Origin: Dictyostelium discoideum
Lineage: Eukaryota
Direction: 5' to 3'
DNA length: 64,000 nucleotides
NCBI GenBank assembly: GCA_000004695.1
Contig: CM000152.2
Coordinates: 3,168,001 to 3,232,000 of the forward strand
The notes under the pieces are model-generated. The model made no database searches, had not been told where the DNA came from, and was given only the letters and a program-made list of their open reading frames with translations. Below, piece by piece: positions 12,899 through 24,875 of the stretch. Each line of letters opens with the position of its first letter. The first letter of the stretch is position 1. The position numbers were made by a program, and so were the translations under genes.

Positions 12899-12986
12899 TT
12901 GTAATAATAATTAATACCAATTTTATTTTGTTTTATTTCATTGAACTTTTTTATTTTTTTATTTTTCTTAATAGAAAAAATTAAGT

Positions 12987-14048
12987 TTACAATCTCTTAT
13001 AAACTCTAACATAATCAACAGTCATGTTTTGAGGGAAAATGGTTGAATCAATTGGATTTCCACCCCAATCACCACCTACAGCAACATTAAAAATTATATA
13101 AAATGGAGTTGTTGTTGGTAATGGTAATTCAGTTGTTGGTTCAATTTTAAAATATGGAATATTATTAATCATCCAAATAATTTGATTTGAATCCCAAATA
13201 ACACTATATAAATTAAAATCTGAACTAAATGATTCAGTGATAGTTTTACCTCCACTTTCTTCATTTTGATTACATTGTGTACTATAATGATATGTACCAT
13301 AGATTGTATCATCTTGACCTAAATTCTCCATAATATCAATCTCTCCACCTGTTGGCCAACATAGATTTGTCTCTGGCATTAACCAAAAAGCTGGCCAATA
13401 TCCTGGAATTCAAAAAAATAAAAAAAAAATAAAAAAAAAATAATATTATTAAAATTAGTAAATTTTGACTAAGCACCCCTCCCTACCCATCACCTCCTTT
13501 TTTTATTATGTAATATTTAACATACCTTGACCATATGGTAATTTAATACTTGCTTCTAATCTACCAAATGTTGTATTAAATTTACCTGATGATGTAATTT
13601 TACCTGATGTATAATTATGACCCTTTGGAGAGAAAAAAAAAAAAAAAAAAAAAGAAATAAAATAAAAATAAAAAATGGTTAGTATTGGTGTGATTGATAA
13701 ATTTTAAAAATAAAAAATAAAATATTTATAGCATACTTGATATTCTTGTTGTTTGGCAATAATATTTAAATAACCATTTTCAACAATGATATTTTCAGGA
13801 ATATAATCTTCCAATTCAGCATTGTAATCATATGATTGGGAAATTTCATTCCAAATTGATAAATCTAATGAATCACCTTCAAATTCATCTTGAAAAATTA
13901 GATTCCATCCATCATATGATATTGGTTCTGTTGATGAGGATGATGATGATGATGTTGATGAGGATGATGAGGATGATGAGGATTCAACATCTTTAATAAA
14001 AACTATAAAAAGAACAAAGAAAATAAATAATTGAATATACTTGTTCAT
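12987..14048 (-). CDS. Secreted glycoside hydrolase family 16 (laminarinase / beta-1,3(4)-glucanase-like). Exons: complement(13737..14048), complement(13526..13622), complement(12987..13402).
   Basis: The protein has a signal peptide (MNKYIQLFIFFVLFIVFI), then a Ser-rich linker, then GH16 blocks: GHNYTSGKITSSGKF...GRLEASIKLPYGQGYWPAFWLMP and the catalytic EIDIME motif. Introns use GTATGC and GTATGT donors with CCAAAG and TTCCAG acceptors. Phases are consistent. The ORF track splits this gene into two fragments. Confidence 0.8.
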
Positions 14049-14302
14049 TTTTTTTTTTAGAATTGGTGAATGGTCGTGGTGTTTCAAAAAAAAAAAAAAA
14101 AAAAAAATCAATTTTCATAATTTTTCAGATATTTTAGATTTTTTTTTTGATTCCATTTAATTTAATTTTTTTTTAATTTTATTTTTATTTTTTTTTTTAC
14201 CCTTATTTTTTTTTAATTTTATTTTATTTTTTTATTTATTTTTATTTTTTTCAAACATTAATTAATAATAAAAAAGAAATTTCTGAATAGTGGAAAAAAA
14301 AA

Positions 14303-14845
14303 ATGATTGAAAATATTGAAACGGAAAGATTAGTTTTAAGGGATATGAAATTAGAAGATAAATATGACATTTTTGAATATAGGTCAGATGGTGAAACTAA
14401 TAAATACCAAAGTTGGATTCCAAAAACTATAGATGATGTTCAAGAATTTATTAAACGAAATCCAAATGAATTTAATAAACCTGATACTTGGTATCAAATA
14501 CTAATTATATGTAAAGATAATAATTGTATAATTGGTGATATAGGTATTCATTTTATTGATATCGGTAATAATAAACAAGTTGAGATTGGTATAACATTAA
14601 ATAAAAAATATCAAAAAAGAGGCTATGCAATTGAATCGTTAAATGGAATAATTCAATACCTTTTTAAAACATTAAATAAACATAGAATTACTGCATCTGT
14701 TGATCTAAATAATACAAATTCAATAAAGCTATTTGAACAATTACATTTCAGAAAAGAAGCTCATTTTAAAAAAAGTTTATTTATTAACAATGAATGGGTA
14801 GATGATATTATCTATGCATTACTTTCTGAAGAATGGTTAAAATAA
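14303..14845 (+). CDS. GNAT-family N-acetyltransferase (RimJ/RimL-like). Single exon.
   Basis: A 180-aa ORF with an ATG start. The N-terminus reads ERLVLRDMKLED. It has the GNAT acetyl-CoA-binding region (QVEIGITLNKKYQKRGYAIESL) and the C-terminal pattern typical of Acetyltransf_3 proteins. Confidence 0.7.
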   Translation: MIENIETERLVLRDMKLEDKYDIFEYRSDGETNKYQSWIPKTIDDVQEFIKRNPNEFNKPDTWYQILIICKDNNCIIGDIGIHFIDIGNNKQVEIGITLNKKYQKRGYAIESLNGIIQYLFKTLNKHRITASVDLNNTNSIKLFEQLHFRKEAHFKKSLFINNEWVDDIIYALLSEEWLK

Positions 14846-14855
14846 AAAAATAAAT

Positions 14856-14915
<60 letters not shown>

Positions 14916-15212
14916 TGATAATTAAAAAAAGTATTAATAAAATAAAAAAATTGAAAAATATTTAAAATAAAATAATTATTGAAGAATAACAAAAAAAGAA
15001 AAAAGTATTTTTAGTATAATTTCATAATTATTGGAAACCATAAATCGTTTGGGGATTTTCATGTCCTTAAAAACCCAAATTATTTTATTTTATTTTATTT
15101 TTTTTTTTTTTTTTTTGTTTTTTATTTTTTATTTTTAATTTTATTTGAATTTATAAATAATAAATAATTTTTTTTTTCTAATTAATAATTTGGGTCTCCC
15201 TTGAAACAAATT

Positions 15213-15251
<39 letters not shown>

Positions 15252-15978
15252 GTTCCTTTACCACATGGAATACTATTACGGAATTTTCCTATTTCTTAAA
15301 GAACATTAATATTATTATAAATAAAAATTCGAAAAATAATCTTATACTGCTTATATTTGTAATTATTTTGGGATTTAAGATAAAAAAAATAAATAAAATA
15401 AAAAAATAATTAAAAATAATAATTATTTGAATGGGAAAAAAAAAACTAATAAAAAAATAATTAAAAAAATAATTAAAAATGAAAAAATAAAATAAAATAA
15501 AATTAAAAAACAATGTTACCACACTAAACATAAAGGAATTGTTTTATTTTTTTTTTTCTTTAGATGTAAAATTAAAAATTTTATCCTAACTGAAAGAATA
15601 TTATTATTATTATAAAAAAAAAAAAAAAATTAATTTTTTATTTAAATTTATATGTAACAACCCCCCATCTAAAAAAAGAAAAAAAAAAAAAAAAATTTTT
15701 ACTGTTATTATAATCCAGCCCTGTCAATTAATTTTTTTTTTTTTTTTTTTTAATTAAATTATTTTTTTTTTTTTTTTTTTTTTTTTTTATTTTTTTTTTT
15801 AAATCAAAATTTTTTTTTTTTTTTTTTTTCATTTCATTTTAAATTCTTTTTAGGAACACATCTATATTTATATATATTTAATGATTTAATTCTTTTTCTT
15901 TTTTTTTAATAAAAAAAATCTTTTCCTTTTTTAATAAATAATTAATAAATTGTAAAATAATAATAATAAAAAAACAAA

Positions 15979-16240
15979 ATGGTTTATGCAAATAATAATA
16001 TTGATCCAAATGCACCATGCTATGTATCTGAGTGTGCCGAACTTTTATCAGATAAAGTAGGTGGTGTTGTTCTTGGTTGTACTGACCAATGGTTTGCTGA
16101 ATGTGTAAACCTCATTAAACACTCAGCTCCAGTTTGGGATGCTGAAAAATATGTTGATACAGGTAAATGGATGGTATGTATAATTGAAATTTAACAAGAA
16201 ATTTAGCTTTTAAAAAACTCTATCAATTCAATTTCAAAAA

Positions 16241-16274
<34 letters not shown>

Positions 16275-17233
16275 AAAAAAAAAAAAAATTTTCAATTCCA
16301 AAAAATATCTTTTTTTTTTTTTTTTTTTTTTTTTTTCAAAAAAATATCTTTTTTTTCAACTTGTGCTAATATTTTTTTTTATTTTTTTTTAAAAAGGATG
16401 GTTGGGAAACAAAAAGACATAATCCAGATCATGATTGGTGTATTATTAAATTAGGTATTCCAGGTGTAATTTATGGATTTGAAATTGATACAGCCTATTT
16501 TACAGGTAATTATCCACCACATGCATCAATTGAAGCACTTTGTGATGATAGTGATCCAAATTTCAACACATTGAAAGAATCAAATAATTGGGAAGTAATT
16601 TTAAACAAATCCGATCTTGGCTCATCATGTAAAAAGTATTTTGAGTGTAAAGTTGAAAAACGTTTCACTCATATTAAATTTAGAATTTATCCAGATGGTG
16701 GTGTTGCAAGATTACGTGCCTACGGTAGGGTTGTTAAGGATTGGACATTAGTGATTCCAGGTGAATTGGTTGATTTGGCTGCCATTGAAAATGGAGGTTT
16801 AGTAACTCAAGTAAGTGACCATTTCTATGGCAATAAAAACAATATCATCATGCCAGGTCGTTCAGTGAACATGGGTGATGGTTGGGAAACCAAGAGAAGA
16901 AGAGGTCCAGGAAATGATTGGTTAACTGTAAAATTAGCAAAAGAAGGTATTGTCAAAAGAATTGAAGTCGACACCAATTGGTTCAAAGGCAATTTCCCAA
17001 CATCTTGTTCAATCGATGCCATTCATTCAAGTTCTGCTCCAGATGAAACTCATCTTCAAGATTATGAATGGACAAATATTCTTCCAAACTCTCCATTATG
17101 TGGCCATCGTCGTCATTTCTTCCAAAATGAATTGGTAAACAATGATAAACCTTTCACTCATATTCGTTTAAATATTTTCCCAGATGGTGGTGTTAGTAGA
17201 TTAAGAATTAATTGTTCATTACCAGATTCAAAA

Positions 17234-17274
<41 letters not shown>

Positions 17275-17311
17275 CAGTAATAGTTTTAAAACCTCAGATA
17301 GACAACAATAA
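15979..17311 (+). CDS. allC: Allantoicase. Exons: 15979..16173, 16397..17311. Intron GTATGT at 16174, acceptor AAAAAG at 16396.
   Basis: The exon junction reconstitutes GKWM|DGWETKRH (allantoicase GKWMDGWETRR). Two allantoicase repeats each carry the YPDGGVARLR / FPDGGVSRLR motif. Phase 0 is consistent. Confidence 0.85.
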
Positions 17312-18150
17312 AATAATTAATTTTTTTTTTTTTAAGAAAATAAAAAAAAATAAAAAAAAAAAATAAAAAAATTAAAACTTCCAATTATTTTTTTTTTTTT
17401 TTGGAAATTTCCAAAAAAAGAATTTTTTTTTTTTTTTTCAAAATAAGAAACAGAATTAAAAAAAAAATGCATCTCTATTTTTATTTCTTTTTTTTGATTT
17501 ATATTTTCGTGTTTTTTTTTTTTTTTTTCAAAATTTTTTTTTTTTTTTGTTTTAGATATTTTTCCCCAGTGACGGAGTGTTTATAATAATTTTAAAAAGA
17601 ATTTTGTATTAAACATGTTTGTGTACCAAAAAGGGGCCAATTAACCACAGAAAATTTCAAAATTTCTGCGTCCGTTTTTTTTTTTTGATTTTTTTTTTTT
17701 TTTTGATTAATTTTAATTTATTTTATTTTTTTTTTTATTTTTTTTTTTTTTTTTATTTTTTTTTATTTTTTTTAATTTTTTTTTTTTTCTCTGTTTAACA
17801 CCAGTGTTTTTTTTTTTTCTGGTCATTGTTGATACTGCATAATTATAAGGGTAAGTGCACATACAAACATATAATAATATTTTTGATCATTTTTTTTTTC
17901 TTTTTTGGTAAAATAAAAATTACCACAAAAAAAAAAAAACCAAAAAAAGAAAAAAATAAAAGATGAAAAATCAATTTTTTTCAGTTTTATAAAAATAGTT
18001 TAAAAAAACACCTCAAATATCTCACCTACACATTAATAGTTGGTTTCTTTTATTTTTTTTTAATTTTTTTAATTTTTTTTTTTTATTTTTTATTTTTTAC
18101 TGGTACTGGTGTTTGTTGTTTGACTTGTTTATTTTAATAATTTTTAAACC

Positions 18151-18185
<35 letters not shown>

Positions 18186-19405
18186 TATTCTATTAATAAT
18201 TTTTTATTTTTACTTTTTTATTTTTTTATTTTTTTTTATTACAATTTCAAAAAAAAAAAAAAAACAATAAAAAATAAAAAAAAATGAAATAAAAAATTAA
18301 AATAAAAATGAAATTAAAAATTTTAAAAAAAAAAAAAAAAAAATAATAATGTGAAAATAATATAAAAAGATAAAAATGAAATGTGTGGTCAACAAACAAT
18401 ATGTTGATAATTTTTAAATTACCAAACATAAAATCTATTTATTTTTAATTTTCTCAATTTGAAAATTTTATGCTATTTGTAGATTGAATGTGGGGATTTG
18501 TGGTGATTTATCCCCACATTTCACCACATATAGTTTTAAAAAACAAATTTCCAAATCATTGTGTTGACAAAAAGGGAGGGTGTGATGGAGAAATTTAAAA
18601 AAAAAAAATTAATAAATAAAAAAAACTCACATTTCAAAAATGTATTTTTTGCACTATTATAGGCAAAAATAAAAAAAAAAAAAATTTAAAAAAAATAAAA
18701 AAAAAAAACCCCTTTGTTTTTGTGATATCAAATGATTATATCATTTTTGTTTTTTTGTTTTTTTTATTTTATTTATTTTTTTTTTATTTTATTTTTTATT
18801 ATTATTTTTTTTTTTTTTTTAATTCTTTTCAATTTAAATGAGCAATTTGAAAATTTCATCCAATTTTTGTATGTCTAAATTCAAATTAATTTATTTTTAT
18901 TTTTATTTTAATTTATTTTTATTTTTTTTTTTTAAAAGTTTGTTTAGATAAAAAAAAAAAAATAAAATTAAAAATAAAAAAAAAAAAAAAAAAAAAAAAA
19001 AATTACATTAGAATACACTACAATATTTATTTATCTGGTAATTAAATAAACCAACATATTCCTTTTATTAGTATTTTTTTTCAATTACATTTAAATATTC
19101 ACGTTTACGCCTTTTCCTGTTAATTGTTGTTATAATTTAAAAAAACCCAAAATTTCAAACAGCGATAAAAGATACAACAAAAAAAAAAAATAAAAATAAA
19201 AAAGAAAAAGATAAAAAAAAAAAAAAAATAAAACACAGGGTAAACCTTTTATATTAGATTGCATGGTTTTTTATTAATTTTTTTTATAAATTTTAATTTT
19301 AATTTATTTTTGTATTAATTTATTTGTTTTGATAAAAACACATACCAATATAATTATTTTTATAATAAACCAACCAATCGCACTTTTTTTTTTTTTATTT
19401 ATTTG

Positions 19406-19444
<39 letters not shown>

Positions 19445-20088
19445 TTTTATTATTTTTTTATGGTTTTCTTTCTTTTTTTTTCTTTTATTTTAAAAATTTA
19501 TCATTTGGAAATATAACATATATATAACAAGTGTGTGTGCGTGTGAAATATTTTTTTAAATTTTTTAAAAAAAAAAAAAAAAATTTATTGTGTATGGTAT
19601 TATTAAATTAGTTATTATTCATATTCAATTTCAATTTTTCGATTTCCACTGTTATTGTTTTAATTAATTCCATAGTTTTTTTTTTTTTTTTTTTAATAAA
19701 AATTAATTTATTTTAATTTTATTTATTTGTTTTATTAATTTAAAATATATTTTTTTATTTTTTTTTTTTTTAAAAAAAAAAAAGGACCTAATTATTAATA
19801 TATTTTAATTTTTTTTTTTTTTTTCCAATTTTATTTCTTCAATTTCCATTTCCAAATTTCAAAACCTTTATTATATTATTATTTTATACTATTACAATTA
19901 TATAATTTCATACCCCCAATTCTTCACTTTTTCAAATCTTTATTTTTTTTTTTTTTTTATTTTTTTTTAAAAAAAAAAATAGAAAATTAAATAATATTTA
20001 TTTTTTTGAAAGATAATTTTTAGGATATATACAACAGATTAAACTCAAACGAGAAATTATTTAAATTGATTAATTATCTAAGAGGAGG

Positions 20089-20127
<39 letters not shown>

Positions 20128-20140
20128 AATAACCCCCACC

Positions 20141-20148
20141 CCCACAAA
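20141..20148 (+). promoter_or_regulatory. CCCACAAA motif (resembles the Dictyostelium upstream sequence element [AT]CCCA[CT]AA), about 105 bp upstream of the Rh transporter ATG.
   Basis: It is the only C-rich element in an otherwise A/T-only promoter: AACCCCCACCCCCACAAATATCC. Confidence 0.25.
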
Positions 20149-20179
20149 TATCCAATATATCTTAAAAATAGTTATATAT

Positions 20180-20246
20180 AAAATAAAATAAAATAAAATA
20201 AAATAAAATAAAATAAAATAAAATAAAATAAAATAAAATAAAATAA
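20180..20246. repeat. (AAAAT)13 pentanucleotide repeat immediately 5' of the Rh transporter ATG.
   Basis: Perfect repeat ending 8 nt before the start codon. Confidence 0.95.
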
Positions 20247-20253
20247 AAAAAAA

Positions 20254-21961
20254 ATGTCAAAAGATGAACATAAATTACCTCTTTCAAAGAGAAAGGAATC
20301 AATTATCTTTATGATGATATTATTTGCATTCCAAGTATTTATGGTTGTATTATTTTCAGTATGGGTTAGATATTCAAAGAATGAAGTGAATTATAGTACT
20401 TTAACACCTGAACAACTTCAAGAATTAGAAGCAACAGGTGGTGTAGTTCAAGAGGAAGTTACAAATATATATGGATATTTTAGAGATATTAATATTATGA
20501 TCTTTTTCGGTTTTGGTTTCTTAATGACTTTTTTACGTCGTTATGGTTATTCAGCACTCGGTTATACATTCATCATCTCTGCTTTGGTTGCACAATGGTC
20601 AGTTTTAATTTACGGTTTCTTTGAAACTGTTGATCATAAAAATGATCATGGTGGTGATTATGCCTCAACTTTCGAGATGTCCCAAACTGTGCTTTTGCAA
20701 GGTTTGTTCTGTGCTGGTGCCGTTATGATTAGTTATGGTGCTGTTCTTGGTAGAGTCACCCCATTGCAAATGTTGGTTGTGGGTATATTTGAGCCAATTT
20801 TTTATTTCTTGAATATGTTTATCGGTGAGATGAATTTAGAGGCAATTGATGTCGGTGGTGGTATGTACATTCATTTGTTTGGCTCAGTATTTGGTTTAAC
20901 CATTGCATGGTTCTTGACAGATAAGAAATCCAAAGATTGTGAAGATAATAGTCCATCCTATACTGGTGACTATTTTGCTATGGCTGGTACATTGTTCCTT
21001 TGGATGATGTGGCCATCATTCAATGCTGCAATTGCACCATTGGGCGAACCACAATTCAGAGCCATTGCCAATACATTCCTTTCATTGACTGCCTCCACTA
21101 TCGCCACATTCATCGTCACTAGATTGTTCGGTCATTTAGGTCACAAAATCGATATGGTACATGTTCAAAATAGTTCATTGGCTGGTGGTGTGGTTCAAGG
21201 TTGCTTAGCTCATATGAACATTAATCCAGGTGGTGCTATTGGTATGGGTTTTTTAGCTGGTGTAATTAGTGTAATTGGTTATCTCTTCATTTCACCATTC
21301 CTTCAACGTAGATTCAATATTCAAGATACTTGTGGTATTCATAATCTTCATTTCATGCCAGGTTTCATTGGTTCCATTGCTGCTTGTATTGCCGCTTGGA
21401 AAGGTCTTAACGATAGATCACTCTATAATCCAATTGAATTTAATCAAATTTTCCGTGCTGGTGAAGATCAAGCTAGAAATAATGCAGCTGCTACCTTCAT
21501 TTCAATTGGTATTGCAATTGCTGGTGGTTTATTCGTCGGTATGATTCTTAAGGCACTTAAAAAAGTTGGTGGTCTTAAAGCTAAACAATACTATCAAGAT
21601 AGTGCTTTCTGGCATGTACCAATCGATTATCCAAAAGATGTCGAATATGTTGTCGAACAAAATAATTTACCAATGCCAACAACTGATAATGGTGATAATG
21701 TAGTTGGTGGTGGTGTTGAAATGAAAAAGCATAATAATAATAACAATAAAAAAGAAAACGGATATCGTAGAGATTTAATCCGTTTACTCGAAACTTTAGT
21801 TAGAAACGAACAATCAACTGATTCATCCTATAGTGATTCAGATTCATCTGATGAAGAAGAAAAAGAAAGAAGAATTAGAAAATTAGCAAAGAAATCTTAT
21901 CGTCGTTCAAAGAAATCACACTCTGAACATCAACCACAACATCAACCAGAAGAATCAACTT

Positions 21962-21994
<33 letters not shown>

Positions 21995-22056
21995 CAACTG
22001 CCGAAACAACTGATAATGGTGGTTCTTCAACAAATTCACCTACTTCAAAAGTTTAA
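20254..22056 (+). CDS. Rh-type (Rhesus-like, Rh50 family) ammonium transporter with a Ser/Asn-rich acidic C-terminal tail. Single exon.
   Basis: A 600-aa ORF with about 11-12 predicted transmembrane helices and Rh-family blocks (GGDYASTFE..., DVGGGMYIHLFGSVFGLTIAWFL). It is one of the Dictyostelium rhg-type genes. I cannot say which paralogue. Confidence 0.8.
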
Positions 22057-22135
22057 AATTTTTTTGTTATAAATAAAAAAAAAAAAATAATAAAATTTTA
22101 TAATATGCATATATAATTATCTTTTTTTTTTAAAT

Positions 22136-22813
22136 TTAAATTTTATTTGATATTTTATTTAATAATAAAATTGATTCATTTATATTTAATTGAAAAGTTT
22201 TAATGAATGAATGTAATTTACCAAGTGAACCAATTGCAACCATACTAAATTTAGCGAAATGACCAAAACCTAATATACCACCATTAATATTACCAGCTTC
22301 AATCATTACTAATATTGCAATTTCTATTGGTTTACATATAAAATATTTAATTGTTAATAATAATTTTTCAATAAATTCCTTTGATGGTTGAATAATTTCT
22401 TTTTTATTTTGTTTAACAAGTTTTAATAAAAATTCTTTAAATATTTCAATTGATTCAAATAATTCTTTAATTCTTTTTTTTGACTAATTTAAATTATAAA
22501 AAATAAAAAAAATAAAAAAAAAAAATAAAAAATTAATATCTAAAATTATTATTATTATTGTTTATAATAATATGTATGATTAATTACCATTTGAATATAT
22601 TTTAAAGATGAAAATTTCTTTTGAACTTTTGAATATCTGAGATAAATTTTTGAAAATATAATAAATTCATTTTTACATTCAATATCAATATCTATTATTT
22701 CTAATAATTTATTTATACAATCTTGATATTCCTCTAAATTAATTTTATTATTATCTTCATTTTTATTATTTGTAATTTTCTTTTTTTTATTTAATTTTTT
22801 ATTTATATCTTCT

Positions 22814-22899
<86 letters not shown>

Positions 22900-24063
22900 G
22901 GATGAATAGTATTTTTCAAAATTATTAATAAAATCAATAACATTTTCATTTATTTCTTTTTCTTGTTGGTAATCTTTATATTTATTTTCTAAATATTCAT
23001 CACTTTGTTCTTTAAGTTGGTTAATTAAATTTTGACATATTGGTTTTGGCATTGGTTGATCTATATCTATATTATTATTACTATTATTATTGTTATTATT
23101 TGATTGATTTAAATTACCAATGATATCTTTAATTAAAGTATTTCCATTAATAATAGTTGTTATTTTTCCATTTGAATCCACTTTTGTTTCAATAACCTCT
23201 TTAATGATTGATATAGGTTTAATTTCTGAATAATTATTTATTATTATTGGTTTTTCAATTTTATTTATATTTATATTTATATTTGTATTATTATTATTAT
23301 TATTATTATTATTTGGTGTTTCAGTTTTTATCTTTTTATTTTGTTGATTTAGGTCAACGTTTATATTATCAATTGTTCTTTTATTATTTGAATTTGTTAT
23401 TGTTGTATCTAAATTGGTTGAATCAGTTTTATCTTTTTTTGAGATATTGGCTGAATCATTAACTTTTTTAGATTCTTGTTTAGTTGGTTTTGTTATTAAT
23501 TTTAACTCTGTTGTTGGTTTTGGGGAAGTTGTTGGTGTTGGTGTTGTTGTTGATGTTGTTGTTGTAGTGTTTGATGCAGATTTTGGTGCTGATGTTAATG
23601 ATGATAAAAGGTTTGTTTTGGGTGTTTGTTTTGGTGAAGGAACGATTTCCTTTTTCTTATTATCCTTTGTGGTTGTTGCTGTTGTTGTGGTTGTTGCTGT
23701 TGTAGTTGGTTTAATATTTGTTGATTTTTTAGGTTCCTCTAATTCCAAATTTTTATTACTGTTTGAAACTATATTATCTTTTTTTTTATCTGTGCTTTTA
23801 TTGTTTACATCATTTTTTGTATTTGTGGTTGTGGTAGTGGTAGCTTTTGTTTTTGGATTTGTATTTGTATTTTTTGTATTTTTTGTATTTGTATTATTAA
23901 TGGTGTTTGAGGTTGTATTATTCTTTTGATGAGAAGTTACAATATTTTGTTTGGGTTTTGTTGTTATAATAGGTTCAGATAATAAATCATCAAATAATGA
24001 TTTCTTTTTTTGCTGCTTTATTTCATTTGCTGCTTCTTTATTCGCTTTATTTTGTGCATACAT
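22136..24063 (-). CDS. Hypothetical protein with a Thr/Asn-rich low-complexity N-terminal half and a structured C-terminal domain. Exons: complement(22588..24063), complement(22136..22483). Intron GTAATT...AAATTAG.
   Basis: The true ATG is at 24063. The ORF-track start at 24174 is poly-A read-through. CAAATG|GTAATT at 22588 opens a 105-nt intron. The following 348-nt exon is a clean open frame in phase (SKKRIKELFESIEIFKEFLL...GNINGGILGFGHFAKF...LNKISNKI*) within AT-rich DNA, which is unlikely by chance. The family is not recognised. Confidence 0.5.
22815..22899. repeat. (ATT)28, coding poly-Asn on the minus strand.
   Basis: Perfect repeat inside the hypothetical gene 22136..24063. Confidence 0.95.
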
Positions 24064-24112
24064 TTTACATAAAATCAATTTTTTATAAAATTTGAAAATA
24101 AACAAAACGAAG

Positions 24113-24159
<47 letters not shown>

Positions 24160-24875
24160 GAATAATATTTTCATTCCTTCGTTTATTTTTTATTTACTAT
24201 TTTTTTTTTTTTTTTCAAGTTTTTTAAATATCTTATTTTTAATTTATTTATTTTATTTATTTTTTTATTCTGTTCACCCATTTATCTTTTTTAAATTTAA
24301 ATTAAATAGTTACCTTTTTTATTTTTTTTTATTTTTTATTTTTTTTTAATAATTTTTTTTTTAAATTTTAAATGAAAAAAATAAATTAAGTCAGGATTAT
24401 TTTTTTTTTATTTTTTTTATTTTTTTTTTCAAACATTCAAACTTGACATTAAATATATATATATTACCAATTCAATCAAATCAATTTTATAAATGAATAA
24501 AAAAAAAAAATAAATAAATAAACGATCAAAAAAAAAGAAAAGAAAAAAAATAAAAAAAATAAATAAATAAACGATCAAAAAAAATAATAACTTTTAATTT
24601 TGATTTTCAAAATAATTTTAATAATCAAAATTTAGTGTTTAATATCTTAAATTTTCAAATCATTTTAAGAAATTTAAAAAACGCCTGGTGGGATATATTC
24701 GGAATTCAATCCCATTTAAATTTTATTTTTTTTAATTTTTTTTTTTTTCCAGATATTTTTTTTAAAAAAAAAACAATTGTTTTTTTTTAAAAATAATTTT
24801 TTTATTTTTTTATTTTTTTATTTTTTTTGTACAATCAGTTTTTAGAATACCATATTAAACAAAACAAAAAAAAAA

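Noticed and set aside
15289-15531. 80-aa minus-strand ORF, Phe/Ile/Asn-only
   Set aside because: Pure A/T intergenic sequence read in an open frame. The translation is low-complexity junk.
16825-17138. ORFs 16825..17022(-) and 16950..17138(+) inside allantoicase
   Set aside because: Off-frame overlaps of a conserved CDS.
17401-18429. ORFs 17401..17586(+) and 18247..18429(-)
   Set aside because: Poly-Phe/Lys translations of homopolymer tracts in the gene desert.
21275-21544. 89-aa + ORF inside the Rh transporter gene
   Set aside because: Alternative frame of a conserved membrane-protein CDS.
23247-24349. Plus-strand ORFs 23247..23462, 23414..23929 and 24092..24349
   Set aside because: Antisense to the Thr/Asn low-complexity region of the minus-strand gene and to a poly-T tract. 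No start context and no composition support.
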